Sequence record: SRR20825019_327
Strand: one strand, 5' to 3'
Length of the DNA stretch: 59,291 bases
Shown here: in pieces, positions 10,615 to 20,052 of the stretch
Layout: the number at the start of each line of letters is the position of its first letter
How positions within the stretch are numbered: the stretch's first letter is position 1
Translations under genes and position numbers: made by a program
The notes under the pieces: model-generated
Database searches by the model: none
What the model was told of the DNA's origin: nothing
The model's input: the letters and a program-made list of their open reading frames with translations, nothing else

Positions 10615-10721
10615 GTGTGGCGTATGTGTGCGCGAAAGTGTGGCGCGAGTGTGCGCGAGTGTGCGCGAATCTGCGGCCAATGTGTGGCGCGGGTGTGGCG
10701 TGTTTTCGCCACACATCGGCC
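10615..10721. repeat. Degenerate 10-12 nt tandem repeat GTGTG(G)CGCGA (7 copies) with a terminal inverted copy
   Basis: Units start at 10615, 10626, 10638, 10649, 10659, 10682 and 10693; reverse complement CGCCACAC at 10707-10714. Confidence 0.8.
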
Positions 10722-11315
10722 TTAGGTGCCCAGGCCCTTGCGGTACCAGCGGATCAGCTCTTTCTGGTCAGCGGGTAATTCATCACCTTCCTGCACACGG
10801 TCGAGTGCATATTGCGCCATCACCTGTTCCGCCTTGCTCTCGATACGCGCCAGCATATCGCAAAGCTGTACCTTCTCGTTTTCAGTTAATACTTCATCAA
10901 GAAGGTTGGCGCGCTTTTCAACGGCGTTGGTGATCAGCCCGTAAACCTGCTCGCCTTTTTCTGTAAGGATCAGGTTTTTCGCCCGCTTGCTTGTCGGTAC
11001 GGGCTCAAAATCCACCAGCTTGGCTTGGCGAAGGGCTTTCACCGCGCGGCTCACCGTATAACTATCCATCCGGCTCTGGTAGGCGATATCGGCTGACTTG
11101 ATCGGCATGTAAGAGCCAATGTTGATCAGCACGCGCATCTCCCTGACGTCCAGATCACAATCCTGACGAACGCTCAGGTCCCGGTTGAGAGCGAGCAGAT
11201 TGCTTGCGGTTGCGATGCGGAAAGGAACGTGGGACATCAAATCCAGCGGATTCCTGATGCGGTCTGTCAGCTTGAAATAGCGCTTACGCGCGGGCGGCAG
11301 ATCATATTTGTTCAT
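10722..11315 (-). CDS. MarR family transcriptional regulator
   Basis: PFRIATASN, EMRVL, SADIA..SRMDSYTVSRAVKAL, KRAKNLILTEKG winged HTH. Confidence 0.85.
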   Translation of the reverse strand: MNKYDLPPARKRYFKLTDRIRNPLDLMSHVPFRIATASNLLALNRDLSVRQDCDLDVREMRVLINIGSYMPIKSADIAYQSRMDSYTVSRAVKALRQAKLVDFEPVPTSKRAKNLILTEKGEQVYGLITNAVEKRANLLDEVLTENEKVQLCDMLARIESKAEQVMAQYALDRVQEGDELPADQKELIRWYRKGLGT

Positions 11316-11442
11316 GCAAGCTATGTATCAGTGGTTTAGCGGTTTGAAAAGCCAACTTTTAATTTGGCTTGTTCCTATCCCGATGAAAACAATGGTTTAA
11401 TCAGCCATGAAACCGCCATCAATAGCCGATAAAATACCATTT

Positions 11443-11457
11443 GTTCTTGTTTTGTTC
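11443..11457 (+). promoter_or_regulatory. Alphaproteobacterial LexA (SOS) box
   Basis: GTTC-TTGTTTT-GTTC = GTTC-N7-GTTC, 17 nt upstream of the radical SAM gene start. Confidence 0.85.
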
Positions 11458-11474
11458 TTATGTTAAATTAAAGC

Positions 11475-12593
11475 ATGGAAACGAGAGATAGACAGATGCA
11501 GGTTCAAAATTCACCATGGCTTATGCGGGGCCGGGGCGCAGTGTCCAATTCGTCGGGGCGGTTTGAAAAGCTGAACCGGGAACCGGTATCTGACGGCTGG
11601 CTTTCAGACATTGTCGAAAGTCAGGTTAAAACAGAAGTCAGGGAAGAAAATGCCAAGCATATCCTGACGCGCAACAAATCACCTGACATTCCGTTCGACC
11701 GGTCTATCAACCCGTATCGTGGATGTGAGCATGGCTGTGTTTATTGTTTTGCACGGCCCACACACGCCTATATGGGGCTTTCTCCGGGGCTGGATTTTGA
11801 AACCAAGCTGTTTGCCAAGCCAAATGCAGCAGAGCTTTTGAAGGCGGAGATTTCAAAAAGGGGGTATGAGCCCAAGCCAATCGCCATGGGCACCAATACG
11901 GACCCATATCAACCGATTGAGAAAGAGCGCCGTATCACCCGTGAGATACTGAAGGTGATGCTGGAATATAACCACCCTGTAACGGTGCTCACTAAATCCC
12001 GGCTTGTGGTTCGGGACATGGACCTGCTTGTACCGCTGGCGGAAAAGGGGCTTGTGCGAGTGTCTCTGTCTGTCACCACGCTTGACCGCAAGCTCGCACG
12101 ACTTCTGGAGCCGCGTGCCAGCACGCCCGTGCGGCGGCTGGATGCCATCAAGTTGTTGTCTGATGCCGGTGTGCCAACGGGCATGATGTTCGCACCTGTT
12201 ATCCCGGCTCTGAATGATCATGAAATGGAAGAAGTGCTTTCGGCTGCGGCCCATGCGGGCGCGAAGCGCGCAAATTATATCCTGCTAAGACTGCCGCTTG
12301 AACTTGGTGGATTGTTTGAAGAATGGCTGTCGGAGCATTACCCGGACCGCAAGAGCAGGGTGCTCAACCGGCTTCGGGAGATGCGGGGTGGCAAGGTGAA
12401 TGACCCGCGTTTCAAACACCGCATGAAGGGCAAGGGACTTGAGGCAGAACTTCTGGACCAGCGCTTCCGCAATCTGTGCCGTCGTCTTGGCTTCAACGCG
12501 GGGGAAGAAGTGTTGAACACGGATGACTTCAGGGCACCGGTGCTTCAGGGCGGCCAGTTCAGCCTGTTCGATAAACTCGCGGCGACCCACTAA
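11475..12593 (+). CDS. PA0069/Rv2578c-family radical SAM protein (SplB-related, putative DNA repair)
   Basis: RGRGA, SPDIPFDRSINPYRGCEHGCVYCFARPTH (CxxxCxxC), GTNTDPYQPIE; C-terminal QFSLF. Start could instead be ATG 11496. Confidence 0.92.
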   Translation: METRDRQMQVQNSPWLMRGRGAVSNSSGRFEKLNREPVSDGWLSDIVESQVKTEVREENAKHILTRNKSPDIPFDRSINPYRGCEHGCVYCFARPTHAYMGLSPGLDFETKLFAKPNAAELLKAEISKRGYEPKPIAMGTNTDPYQPIEKERRITREILKVMLEYNHPVTVLTKSRLVVRDMDLLVPLAEKGLVRVSLSVTTLDRKLARLLEPRASTPVRRLDAIKLLSDAGVPTGMMFAPVIPALNDHEMEEVLSAAAHAGAKRANYILLRLPLELGGLFEEWLSEHYPDRKSRVLNRLREMRGGKVNDPRFKHRMKGKGLEAELLDQRFRNLCRRLGFNAGEEVLNTDDFRAPVLQGGQFSLFDKLAATH

Positions 12594-12620
12594 AAAAGGC
12601 CGGGAAATTCCCGGCCTTTA
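12593..12620. terminator. Bidirectional intrinsic terminator
   Basis: AAAAAGGCCGGGA-AAT-TCCCGGCCTTT between convergent genes. Confidence 0.85.
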
Positions 12621-12641
12621 AAATGATTTTATGATGGCCTT

Positions 12642-15600
12642 TTAGGCGCTCTCATCCATGCTGAACAGCTCTGCATTGCCACCAACAGCTGCGGTGTTGA
12701 TGGTGAGCGTATGTTCTGCCGCAAAGCGGAAGAGATAGTGCGGGCCACCGGCCTTTGGTCCGGTGCCTGAAAGGCCTTCACCACCAAATGGCTGCACACC
12801 AACCACAGCACCAACCATATTGCGGTTGATATAGGTGTTGCCAATGCGTGTTTTATTGAACAGCTCAGCCCAGCGGCTTTCAAGGCGAGAATGGATACCG
12901 AAGGTGAGGCCATAGCCGGTACCACGGATCTGCTCGATAACCTTATTGATCTCGCCAGATTTGAACCTGAGGATATGAAGCACGGGGCCAAATACTTCCT
13001 GCTCAAGCTGGTCAAGGCACTTGAGCTCAAAGATATGGGGCGCAAGGAAAGTGCCTTTCTCGGCTTCTTCGGTCATCTCCAGCTTGGCAACAAGCGTGGC
13101 TTCCTCTTCCATGCGGGCACAATGCTCGGCAAGGCGTGTGCGGGCTTCTTCATCAATGATAGGGCCAACGTCGGTTGTCAGCTTCGCAGGGTCACCCAGT
13201 ACTCGTTCCTTGAGCGCACCTTTGATCATATTGATCACTTTGTCGGCTACGCTGTCCTGCACAAACAACACACGAAGGGCAGAGCAGCGCTGACCGGCTG
13301 AGCCAAAAGCAGACTGGATAACATCATCCGCGACCTGTTCAGGTAGCGCCGTGCTGTCCACGATCATGGCGTTCTGGCCACCGGTTTCTGCAATCAACGG
13401 CACAATGGCGCCTTCGCGCGCCGCAAGCGTGCGGTTGATGATCTTGGCGGTTTCTGTAGAGCCGGTGAAAGCAACCCCCACGATACGTTCGTCTGCCACC
13501 AGCTTGGCGCCTACACGGGCACCATCACCGAGCAGAAGATGCAGGACATCGACAGGCACACCAGATTCATGAAACAGCTTTACCGCGTGATAAGCCACAA
13601 GCGGCGTTTGCTCGGCCGGTTTTGCGATAACCGCGTTGCCTGCCGCCAAGGCTGCTGCAACCTGGCCGACAAAAATCGCCAGTGGGAAGTTCCACGGCGC
13701 GATGCTCAGGAAGGTGCCTCGGCCCCCGAAATAAAGCTCGTTCCGTTCACCGGTCGGGCCAGGGAGAGCCACAGGCGCGCCAAAGTGCTCTTCTGCACGC
13801 GCTGCATAATAGCGGCAGAAGTCAACGGCCTCACGGACCTCTGCGATCACATCGCTGAGCGTTTTGCCAGCCTCGCGCACCAGCAGGTCGGCGAACAGGT
13901 TGCGGTTGTCTTCAATTGCATCGCCAACAGCGCGCAGGATATCTGCCCGCGCGTTGCCGCCCATGGCGTTCCATGCCTGTTGGGCCTCAACTGATTCTAC
14001 CGTCGCCACATCGATATCTTCATCGCGTGCTTCACGCCATGAGCCAACAACCTGGCTGGTGTTCGCGGGGTTCACAACGTCTGTGGGGTTTTCGCCCACG
14101 TCTTTGCCGCTGACGATGCTGGCGCAGGCATAGGTATGGTTTTTGCGCTCATCAAGGGCGCGCAGAAGCGGCGCGTACTGGCGGCTATCCATCAGGTTGC
14201 AGCCCTTGGAGTTTTTACGCTCAGCGCCGAAAATATCTTCTGGTATCGGGATCAGAGTATGCCGAAGTGCAGGTGCATACTCGATCGATGTGATCGGGTC
14301 ACCGGCCACTTCTTCCACTGGCACGTCCGCATCCATAAAGCGGTTTACAAAGCTTGAGTTCGCACCGTTCTCCAGAAGGCGCCGCACAAGGTACGGCAGC
14401 AGGTCTTCGTGAAGCCCAACAGGTGCATAAGTACGGGTGCGAATGGGTTTGCCTGCAACCCGGCCCGCGGCTTTATAGAGCAGCGCGCCCATGCCGTGCA
14501 GCTTCTGGAACTCATAACGCTTGTCGCCCGCCATGGCCGAAATTGCGGCAATGGTGTGCGCATTATGGGTCGCGAACTGCGAGTAGATGGCGTCGTCCGC
14601 CTCAAGCATACGCGCAGCAGTATAAAGGTAGCTGATATCTGTTGCCTGCTTGCGGGTGAACACTGGGTAGTCCTCAAGCCCTTGTTCCTGCGAGTGCTTG
14701 ATTTCAGTGTCCCAATAAGCGCCTTTCACCAGGCGCACGGCAAACTTGCGGCCGTTTTCGCGGCCCAGATGCACCAGCCAGTCAATCACATAAGGCGCGC
14801 GCTTCTGGTAGGCCTGAACGGCGAGGCCGAGGCCTTCCCAACCAGCAAGGTCCGGGTCAGATGCCAGCGCTTCGATAATCCTGAGAGAGATATCAAGGCG
14901 GTCCGCTTCCTCAGCGTCAATTGTCATCTGGATGTCGTATGATTTTGCCTTGAGTGCCAGTTCTTTAACACGCGGCAACATCTCGGCCATCACACGGTCG
15001 TTGTTGGCTTCGTCATAGCGCGGGTGCAGCGCGGAAAGCTTGATAGATATGCTTGAGCGGTCGTGCGGGTCAGCGCCGTCGTCTTTTGTCGCGGTGCCCA
15101 CTGCGTCGATGGACGCCTGATATAGCTCGTAATAGCGGTCCGCAGTCGCCATGGTGCGGGCGCCTTCGCCCAGCATATCAAAGCTCATCATCTTTTGCTC
15201 TGGCGGCTGCTTGGCTTGGCGGGCAAGGCCTTCCTTGATGGTGCGGCCAAAAACAAACTGGCGGCCCATGATTTTCATGGCCTGGTTTACGGCCTTGCGG
15301 ATAACCGGCTCACCTGTGCGAGCCACGAGGGATTTCATCCACTGGCCCGGGTTTTTGGTGATTGTGCGGTCAAGGCGCACAACCTCGCCGGTCAGCATCA
15401 GGGCCCAGGTTGAAGCGTTGACAAAAAGGCTGTCTGAGTGGCCTTTGTGCGACGCCCAGTTGCCCGACTGCATCTTCTCTGAAATGAGCTTGTCCTGCGT
15501 TTCAATATCAGGGACACGCAACAGTGCTTCCGCGAGGCACATAAGCGCCACCCCTTCCTGATTGGAGAGACCAAATTCAGCAAGGAAGGCATCAAGCGTG

Positions 15601-15806
15601 CCTTGTTCCTCTTTCATGGCGCGGGACTGGGCGACAATAGCGGCCGCTTTAACCGCCACTTCATCCCGGCTTTCGGTATTGAGGGGGAAATTGTCGATAA
15701 GGGCGCGAACGGTTTTCGCTTCATCTGCGAGAAACGCGTTTTTGAGCGCTGTCATTGCAGCTTTCCGGCTGGGTGCCGGGGCGGGGCTGATGCGAAGCTT
15801 GGCCAT
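12642..15806 (-). CDS. putA: Bifunctional proline dehydrogenase / P5C dehydrogenase
   Basis: EGVALMCLAEALLRVPD, SFDMLGE, IDAEE, VRLVKGAYWDTEIK, FATHNA, RRLLENGANSSF, AETGGQN, SAGQRCSALR; no N-terminal RHH domain. Confidence 0.98.
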   Translation of the reverse strand: MAKLRISPAPAPSRKAAMTALKNAFLADEAKTVRALIDNFPLNTESRDEVAVKAAAIVAQSRAMKEEQGTLDAFLAEFGLSNQEGVALMCLAEALLRVPDIETQDKLISEKMQSGNWASHKGHSDSLFVNASTWALMLTGEVVRLDRTITKNPGQWMKSLVARTGEPVIRKAVNQAMKIMGRQFVFGRTIKEGLARQAKQPPEQKMMSFDMLGEGARTMATADRYYELYQASIDAVGTATKDDGADPHDRSSISIKLSALHPRYDEANNDRVMAEMLPRVKELALKAKSYDIQMTIDAEEADRLDISLRIIEALASDPDLAGWEGLGLAVQAYQKRAPYVIDWLVHLGRENGRKFAVRLVKGAYWDTEIKHSQEQGLEDYPVFTRKQATDISYLYTAARMLEADDAIYSQFATHNAHTIAAISAMAGDKRYEFQKLHGMGALLYKAAGRVAGKPIRTRTYAPVGLHEDLLPYLVRRLLENGANSSFVNRFMDADVPVEEVAGDPITSIEYAPALRHTLIPIPEDIFGAERKNSKGCNLMDSRQYAPLLRALDERKNHTYACASIVSGKDVGENPTDVVNPANTSQVVGSWREARDEDIDVATVESVEAQQAWNAMGGNARADILRAVGDAIEDNRNLFADLLVREAGKTLSDVIAEVREAVDFCRYYAARAEEHFGAPVALPGPTGERNELYFGGRGTFLSIAPWNFPLAIFVGQVAAALAAGNAVIAKPAEQTPLVAYHAVKLFHESGVPVDVLHLLLGDGARVGAKLVADERIVGVAFTGSTETAKIINRTLAAREGAIVPLIAETGGQNAMIVDSTALPEQVADDVIQSAFGSAGQRCSALRVLFVQDSVADKVINMIKGALKERVLGDPAKLTTDVGPIIDEEARTRLAEHCARMEEEATLVAKLEMTEEAEKGTFLAPHIFELKCLDQLEQEVFGPVLHILRFKSGEINKVIEQIRGTGYGLTFGIHSRLESRWAELFNKTRIGNTYINRNMVGAVVGVQPFGGEGLSGTGPKAGGPHYLFRFAAEHTLTINTAAVGGNAELFSMDESA

Positions 15807-15845
15807 AATTGGTTCCTTCTACCACACTTCGATTGAAATCTTATT

Positions 15846-15855
15846 TTGTATACAA
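15846..15855. promoter_or_regulatory. Palindrome TTGTATACAA, candidate GntR-family (HypR/HutC-like) operator upstream of putA
   Basis: Perfect 10-bp palindrome 40 nt upstream of the putA start. Confidence 0.5.
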
Positions 15856-16017
15856 TCCCTCAGGACCTATCCCCCTCTAACCCCGAAAAAAAACGCTGGG
15901 AAGGAGAATTTATGTTGCAGCGCAACAAGTGAGGAAAAGTCTAACATATCTGCGGTAGATACGCAGAATTTGGAAGCAGAACTGTGCCGGGCTTGTGTCC
16001 AAAATATGAGATTCTAT

Positions 16018-16052
16018 AAAAAAGGCGACCCACAGGGCCGCCTCTTCGTTTT
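16018..16052. terminator. Probable terminator downstream of the OYE gene
   Basis: AAAAAAGGCGACCC-ACA-GGGCCGCCTCTT imperfect hairpin; the A-run gives a U tract on the minus strand. Confidence 0.5.
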
Positions 16053-16069
16053 CTCGATTTTTGAGTGTT

Positions 16070-17179
16070 TTAGGCGAGCTTGGCCAGCAAGTCCTTGGTG
16101 TAAGGCAGGATTTCATCGTGCAGCTCTGCTTTGACCTTGTTGGCCCAGTCCGGGTTGGCGATCAGCGCCCGGCCAACAGCCACGAGGTCAAACTCGTTAT
16201 TTTCCATCCGGGTGACAAGGTTCTCGAGGCTTGCTGGTTTGGCTTCAAGGAAACCTTGCGCGCCTTCTTCCGTAAAGGCCTCATCCAGCCCAACGCTGCC
16301 AACAGTGATGGTTGGCTTGCCGGTCAGTTTTTTGGTCCAGCCTGCCAAATTCAGGTCGCTGCCTGAAAACTCGCTCTCCCAAAACCGCCGTGTGGAGCAA
16401 TGGAAAATATCAACACCAGCAGCAGCGAGAGGCTCTAGGAACTGCTCAAGCTCAAGCGGATTGTTTGCAAGCTTGGCGTTATAGTCCTGCATCTTCCACT
16501 GGGACCAACGCAGTATGATCGGGAAACGTGAACCAACGCGGGCACGGATAGCCTTGACAATTTCGACAGCGAAACGAGTGCGTTCTACCCGGTTGCCGCC
16601 CCAGGCGTCTGTGCGTTCATTGAGGTCACCCCAGAAGAACTGGTCAATAAGGTAACCGTGGGCACCGTGAATTTCCACGCCATCAAATCCTGCGGCTTTG
16701 GCATCTTCTGCGGCTTGTGCAAAGGCATCGATCACATCTGCAACATCGCTCTCGCTCATCTCGTGGCATTTCTTTTTGCCTTTGGCGACAAGGCCGGATG
16801 GGCCATAGCCAGGCACTTCAGGGTCTGGCTCAACACCGGGACGCCTGACGGCACCCACGTGCCAAAGCTGAGGCATGATTTTACCGCCCTCAGCGTGCAC
16901 GGCGGCTGCCACTTTCTTCCAGCCCGCTAGGGCCTCGTCGCCATAGAAGAAGGGCACATTGGGGTAACCGCTGGCGGCCTTGTGGCCAACACAGGTGCCT
17001 TCAGTGATAATAAGGCCAACGCCACCTTCTGCGCGGCGACGGTAATACTCAACATTCAGGTCGTTCGGTACATTGCCCGGAGAGAATGTACGGGTCATAG
17101 GGGCCATCACGACCCGGTTTTCAAGATGCAGGTCCTTGAGGTCAAACGCTTTAAAGAGCGGCGCATTGCTTGCCGTCAT
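16070..17179 (-). CDS. NADH:flavin oxidoreductase (old yellow enzyme family)
   Basis: NRVVMAPMTR, YYRRRA.GGVGLIITEG, QLWHVG, GFDGVEIHGAHGYLIDQF, VAVGRALIANPDW; start at ATG after AAGGA. Confidence 0.93.
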   Translation of the reverse strand: MTASNAPLFKAFDLKDLHLENRVVMAPMTRTFSPGNVPNDLNVEYYRRRAEGGVGLIITEGTCVGHKAASGYPNVPFFYGDEALAGWKKVAAAVHAEGGKIMPQLWHVGAVRRPGVEPDPEVPGYGPSGLVAKGKKKCHEMSESDVADVIDAFAQAAEDAKAAGFDGVEIHGAHGYLIDQFFWGDLNERTDAWGGNRVERTRFAVEIVKAIRARVGSRFPIILRWSQWKMQDYNAKLANNPLELEQFLEPLAAAGVDIFHCSTRRFWESEFSGSDLNLAGWTKKLTGKPTITVGSVGLDEAFTEEGAQGFLEAKPASLENLVTRMENNEFDLVAVGRALIANPDWANKVKAELHDEILPYTKDLLAKLA

Positions 17180-17365
17180 CAGTAGTTCCTTCATTGTGCC
17201 GGGCCGGGCCCGGGGTGATATCTGGCTCCGCTTGGAAGTAGGGCCTGATGATCCGTTTTCAAGCTGCGGGCGTAGACGGAGAGGTATCACACTTGCGTCA
17301 GCACGCTTCCCTGTGGCGCGAAGCCAAGGTATATCTGGTCAATAATTTTGGCAGAGGAACAAAAA

Positions 17366-17917
17366 ATGCGGTTAAAATCGATCATGGCAGCAGCGGTTAT
17401 CCTGATGGGGTCAGCGGGTGCGCATGCAGCCAGCGCCACTTCAGCACATGATTTCACACTGACTTCTATTGAATTTACAGAAATGCCGATGGCGCAGTAT
17501 GACGGCAAAGCGGTACTTCTGGTGAACACCGCGTCCTATTGCGGTTACACCCCACAGTATGAAGGCCTTCAGGCGCTGTGGGAGGAATACCGCGAGAAAG
17601 GGCTTGTTGTTGTTGGGGTGCCAGCGAATGATTTTGGCGACCAAGAGCCCGGCTCAGAACGCAACATCAAAAATTTCTGCAAGGTGAACTTTCAGGTTGA
17701 TTTCCCCATGACCAAAAAGATGGTTGTGAACGGCGGCGAAGGCAATGCGGAGATCTATGACTGGCTGGCATCTGAGCTTGGTGAAGACAGTCGCCCGAAA
17801 TGGAACTTCCACAAATACCTGATCGGGAAAGACGGCAAGCCGGTTGCTTATTTCACCAGCAAGGTGGAGCCGCAGTCGAGTGAGCTCAAAGCCGCGATTG
17901 ATCAGGCGCTTCAATAA
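17366..17917 (+). CDS. Exported glutathione peroxidase family protein
   Basis: Signal peptide (AGAHA), VNTASYCGYTPQYEGL, PANDFGDQEPG, KWNFHKYL. Confidence 0.92.
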   Translation: MRLKSIMAAAVILMGSAGAHAASATSAHDFTLTSIEFTEMPMAQYDGKAVLLVNTASYCGYTPQYEGLQALWEEYREKGLVVVGVPANDFGDQEPGSERNIKNFCKVNFQVDFPMTKKMVVNGGEGNAEIYDWLASELGEDSRPKWNFHKYLIGKDGKPVAYFTSKVEPQSSELKAAIDQALQ

Positions 17918-17938
17918 GCACCTGATCCTTATGGGTAT

Positions 17939-18799
17939 CTAAAGAAGGGCCTCTGAACCGACAGTTGGCCCTTTTTTAATAGCGTGGCTGCCAAGGCCTT
18001 CACCAAACATCAGCGTTGTGATTTCATCCATCGCCTGTTCAAGCTTTTCCTCAAACCCTTGTGGGGCATTGAAGATCATCAGGCCAGTGCCCATCATGCC
18101 ACGGCGGTCTGCCACGTCGGGCGCCATCAGCAGCGATTCGAACACAGCATTGCCACCCAGCGAAAACAGGGACCGCACCATCTGTTTGTGCCGGTCATCG
18201 GGCAGGATAGGGTACCAAACCACAAAAACACCGTTTGGCCAGCCGCTAAGCGCTTTCATGAGAGATTTTGGCACACTGCGGTAATCGGTCTTCACTTCAT
18301 AAGCAGGATCAACGAGCGCTACCCCGCGCAAGTGGTGGGGGTATTTAAGCCGGGACAGCATCTCAAAACCGTCCTGCTTTCGGATATCTACGCTTTTGAA
18401 GGCAATGAAGTTTTCCTCAAGGATGCGGTGCTCTGTCGGGTGTAACTCAGTCAGGAACATCTTGTCGCCCGGCCGCATGAAATGGTGGGCAATTGAGGGC
18501 GAGCCCGGGTAGGCATGCTCTCCGTGTTCCTTGCGGAAGGTCTCGATAAGGTCGAGGTAACGGGCAGGCGCGCGCTGGTCATCTTTAGGTTCATCAATCG
18601 CGGAAACACCCATCTTGTGTTCACCGGTTTTCTCGGCTTCCGGGCTTGAGAGGTCATATATGCCCCGACCTGCGTGGCTATCATAAAAGCTGAAGGCGCC
18701 AGAGTTTTCGGCAAAGCCTTCGAGCAGAAGCATCAGCGCAAGGTGTTTGTGCACGTCGGCGATATTGCCTGCGTGGTAGGCGTGCTGATAACTGAGCAT
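17939..18799 (-). CDS. rlmJ: 23S rRNA m6A2030 methyltransferase
   Basis: MLSYQHAYHAGNIADVHKH, DSHAGRG.Y, YPGSP, ELHP, DPAYE, WYPI. Confidence 0.93.
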   Translation of the reverse strand: MLSYQHAYHAGNIADVHKHLALMLLLEGFAENSGAFSFYDSHAGRGIYDLSSPEAEKTGEHKMGVSAIDEPKDDQRAPARYLDLIETFRKEHGEHAYPGSPSIAHHFMRPGDKMFLTELHPTEHRILEENFIAFKSVDIRKQDGFEMLSRLKYPHHLRGVALVDPAYEVKTDYRSVPKSLMKALSGWPNGVFVVWYPILPDDRHKQMVRSLFSLGGNAVFESLLMAPDVADRRGMMGTGLMIFNAPQGFEEKLEQAMDEITTLMFGEGLGSHAIKKGPTVGSEALL

Positions 18800-18819
18800 G
18801 AGGTGCGCTTTCTTAAAGC

Positions 18820-20052
18820 CTAAGAGCCGAGTATCTCGGCGGCAATTTCTTTGAATGGACGACTGTCGTCCGTGAGCATATTTTCGTCGACATTGACGCT
18901 AGCGGCAATGATTTTTTTGGCGTTCATGAATTCAGCGATGCGGCCAACGCAATCAGCGGCCAGCATACGGCCCTCTTTAAGGTAGAAGAAAGCGACGGAG
19001 CGATCCTCTGGCGAGCCGCGCATCACCAGCCTGTCATAGCCTTCAGAAAGCCCGGCAATCTGAAGCTTGAGGCCATACTGGTCTGACCAGAACCAGGGAA
19101 GGGCGTCGTAGGTTTCCTCTTCCCCCATGATGTGGGCGATAGCAACCTTGGCTTGGTCGACAGCGTTCTGGACCGATTCAAGTCTGAGCCAACGACCGTA
19201 ATGGGCATTGTGGTGCCAGGTTACGTCACCAACAGCATAGATATCCGGGTCGCTGGTCTGGCAATGAGCACCGACAGTGATGCCAGCAGGTGTTGTCTCT
19301 ATCCCCACTTTTTCAGCGAGTTCGGTGTTGGCGATGAGGCCGATGCCTGCCACAACCATATCTGCTTCAAAACGGGAACCGTCGCTGGTTACAACGGCGC
19401 TGGCGCGGTCGTTGCCTTCAATCTCCGTCACCATCTGCCCGGTGTGTATTTCCACACCCTCAGCCCGGTGCAGGCCTGTGTAGAATTCTGAAACTTCAGG
19501 GGCGACAACACGCTGCAGAATGCGGTCTGCTGCTTCAAGGATAGTCACCTTTTTGCCTGCCTTGCGGGCGACTGCCGCAACCTCCAGCCCAATGTAACCG
19601 CCGCCGATGATAACGATGCTGCGGGCGGTATTAAACTCACCGCGCATACTGTCGGTGTCTGTCATGGTGCGCACATAGTGAATGCCAGCGAGGTCATGGC
19701 CGGCGCAGCTCAGGCGCCGTGCATGGCCCCCAACCGCCAAAATGAGCTTGTCGTATGCGAGCGTGCTGCCGTCCGCGAGTGTTATATTATGCGCCGTGCG
19801 GTCAATAGCTGTGGCACGAAGGCCGAGCTTGAGTGTGATGCCAGCCCCCTCATAGGCCTGCGGCCGCAGAATTGGCAGCCGGTCAGCACTGATCTCACCG
19901 GACAGATACATTTTAGACAGCGGCGGGCGCTGGTACGGCACAACCGGTTCATCGCTGACAAGTGTAACGTCCCCTTCAAACTTCTTTATGCGAAGGGAGG
20001 TTGCCAGTTGGGCGGCCGCGTGGCCGCCCCCGATGATGACAATTCTGGTCAC
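18820..20052 (-). CDS. NAD(P)/FAD-dependent ferredoxin reductase (putidaredoxin-reductase type)
   Basis: GGGHAA, PYQRPPLSK, GGGYIGLE, TSDPDIYAVGD, RLESVQNA, PWFWSDQY. Confidence 0.92.
   Translation of the reverse strand: MTRIVIIGGGHAAAQLATSLRIKKFEGDVTLVSDEPVVPYQRPPLSKMYLSGEISADRLPILRPQAYEGAGITLKLGLRATAIDRTAHNITLADGSTLAYDKLILAVGGHARRLSCAGHDLAGIHYVRTMTDTDSMRGEFNTARSIVIIGGGYIGLEVAAVARKAGKKVTILEAADRILQRVVAPEVSEFYTGLHRAEGVEIHTGQMVTEIEGNDRASAVVTSDGSRFEADMVVAGIGLIANTELAEKVGIETTPAGITVGAHCQTSDPDIYAVGDVTWHHNAHYGRWLRLESVQNAVDQAKVAIAHIMGEEETYDALPWFWSDQYGLKLQIAGLSEGYDRLVMRGSPEDRSVAFFYLKEGRMLAADCVGRIAEFMNAKKIIAASVNVDENMLTDDSRPFKEIAAEILGS

Noticed and set aside
10615..10721. CRISPR array
   Set aside because: Units are 10-12 nt, degenerate and have no unique spacers; no cas genes in the window.
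17246..17280. Hammerhead ribozyme, suggested by CTGATGA followed by a stem
   Set aside because: The required GAAA after stem II is absent (CGTAGA instead) and stems I and III cannot be built.
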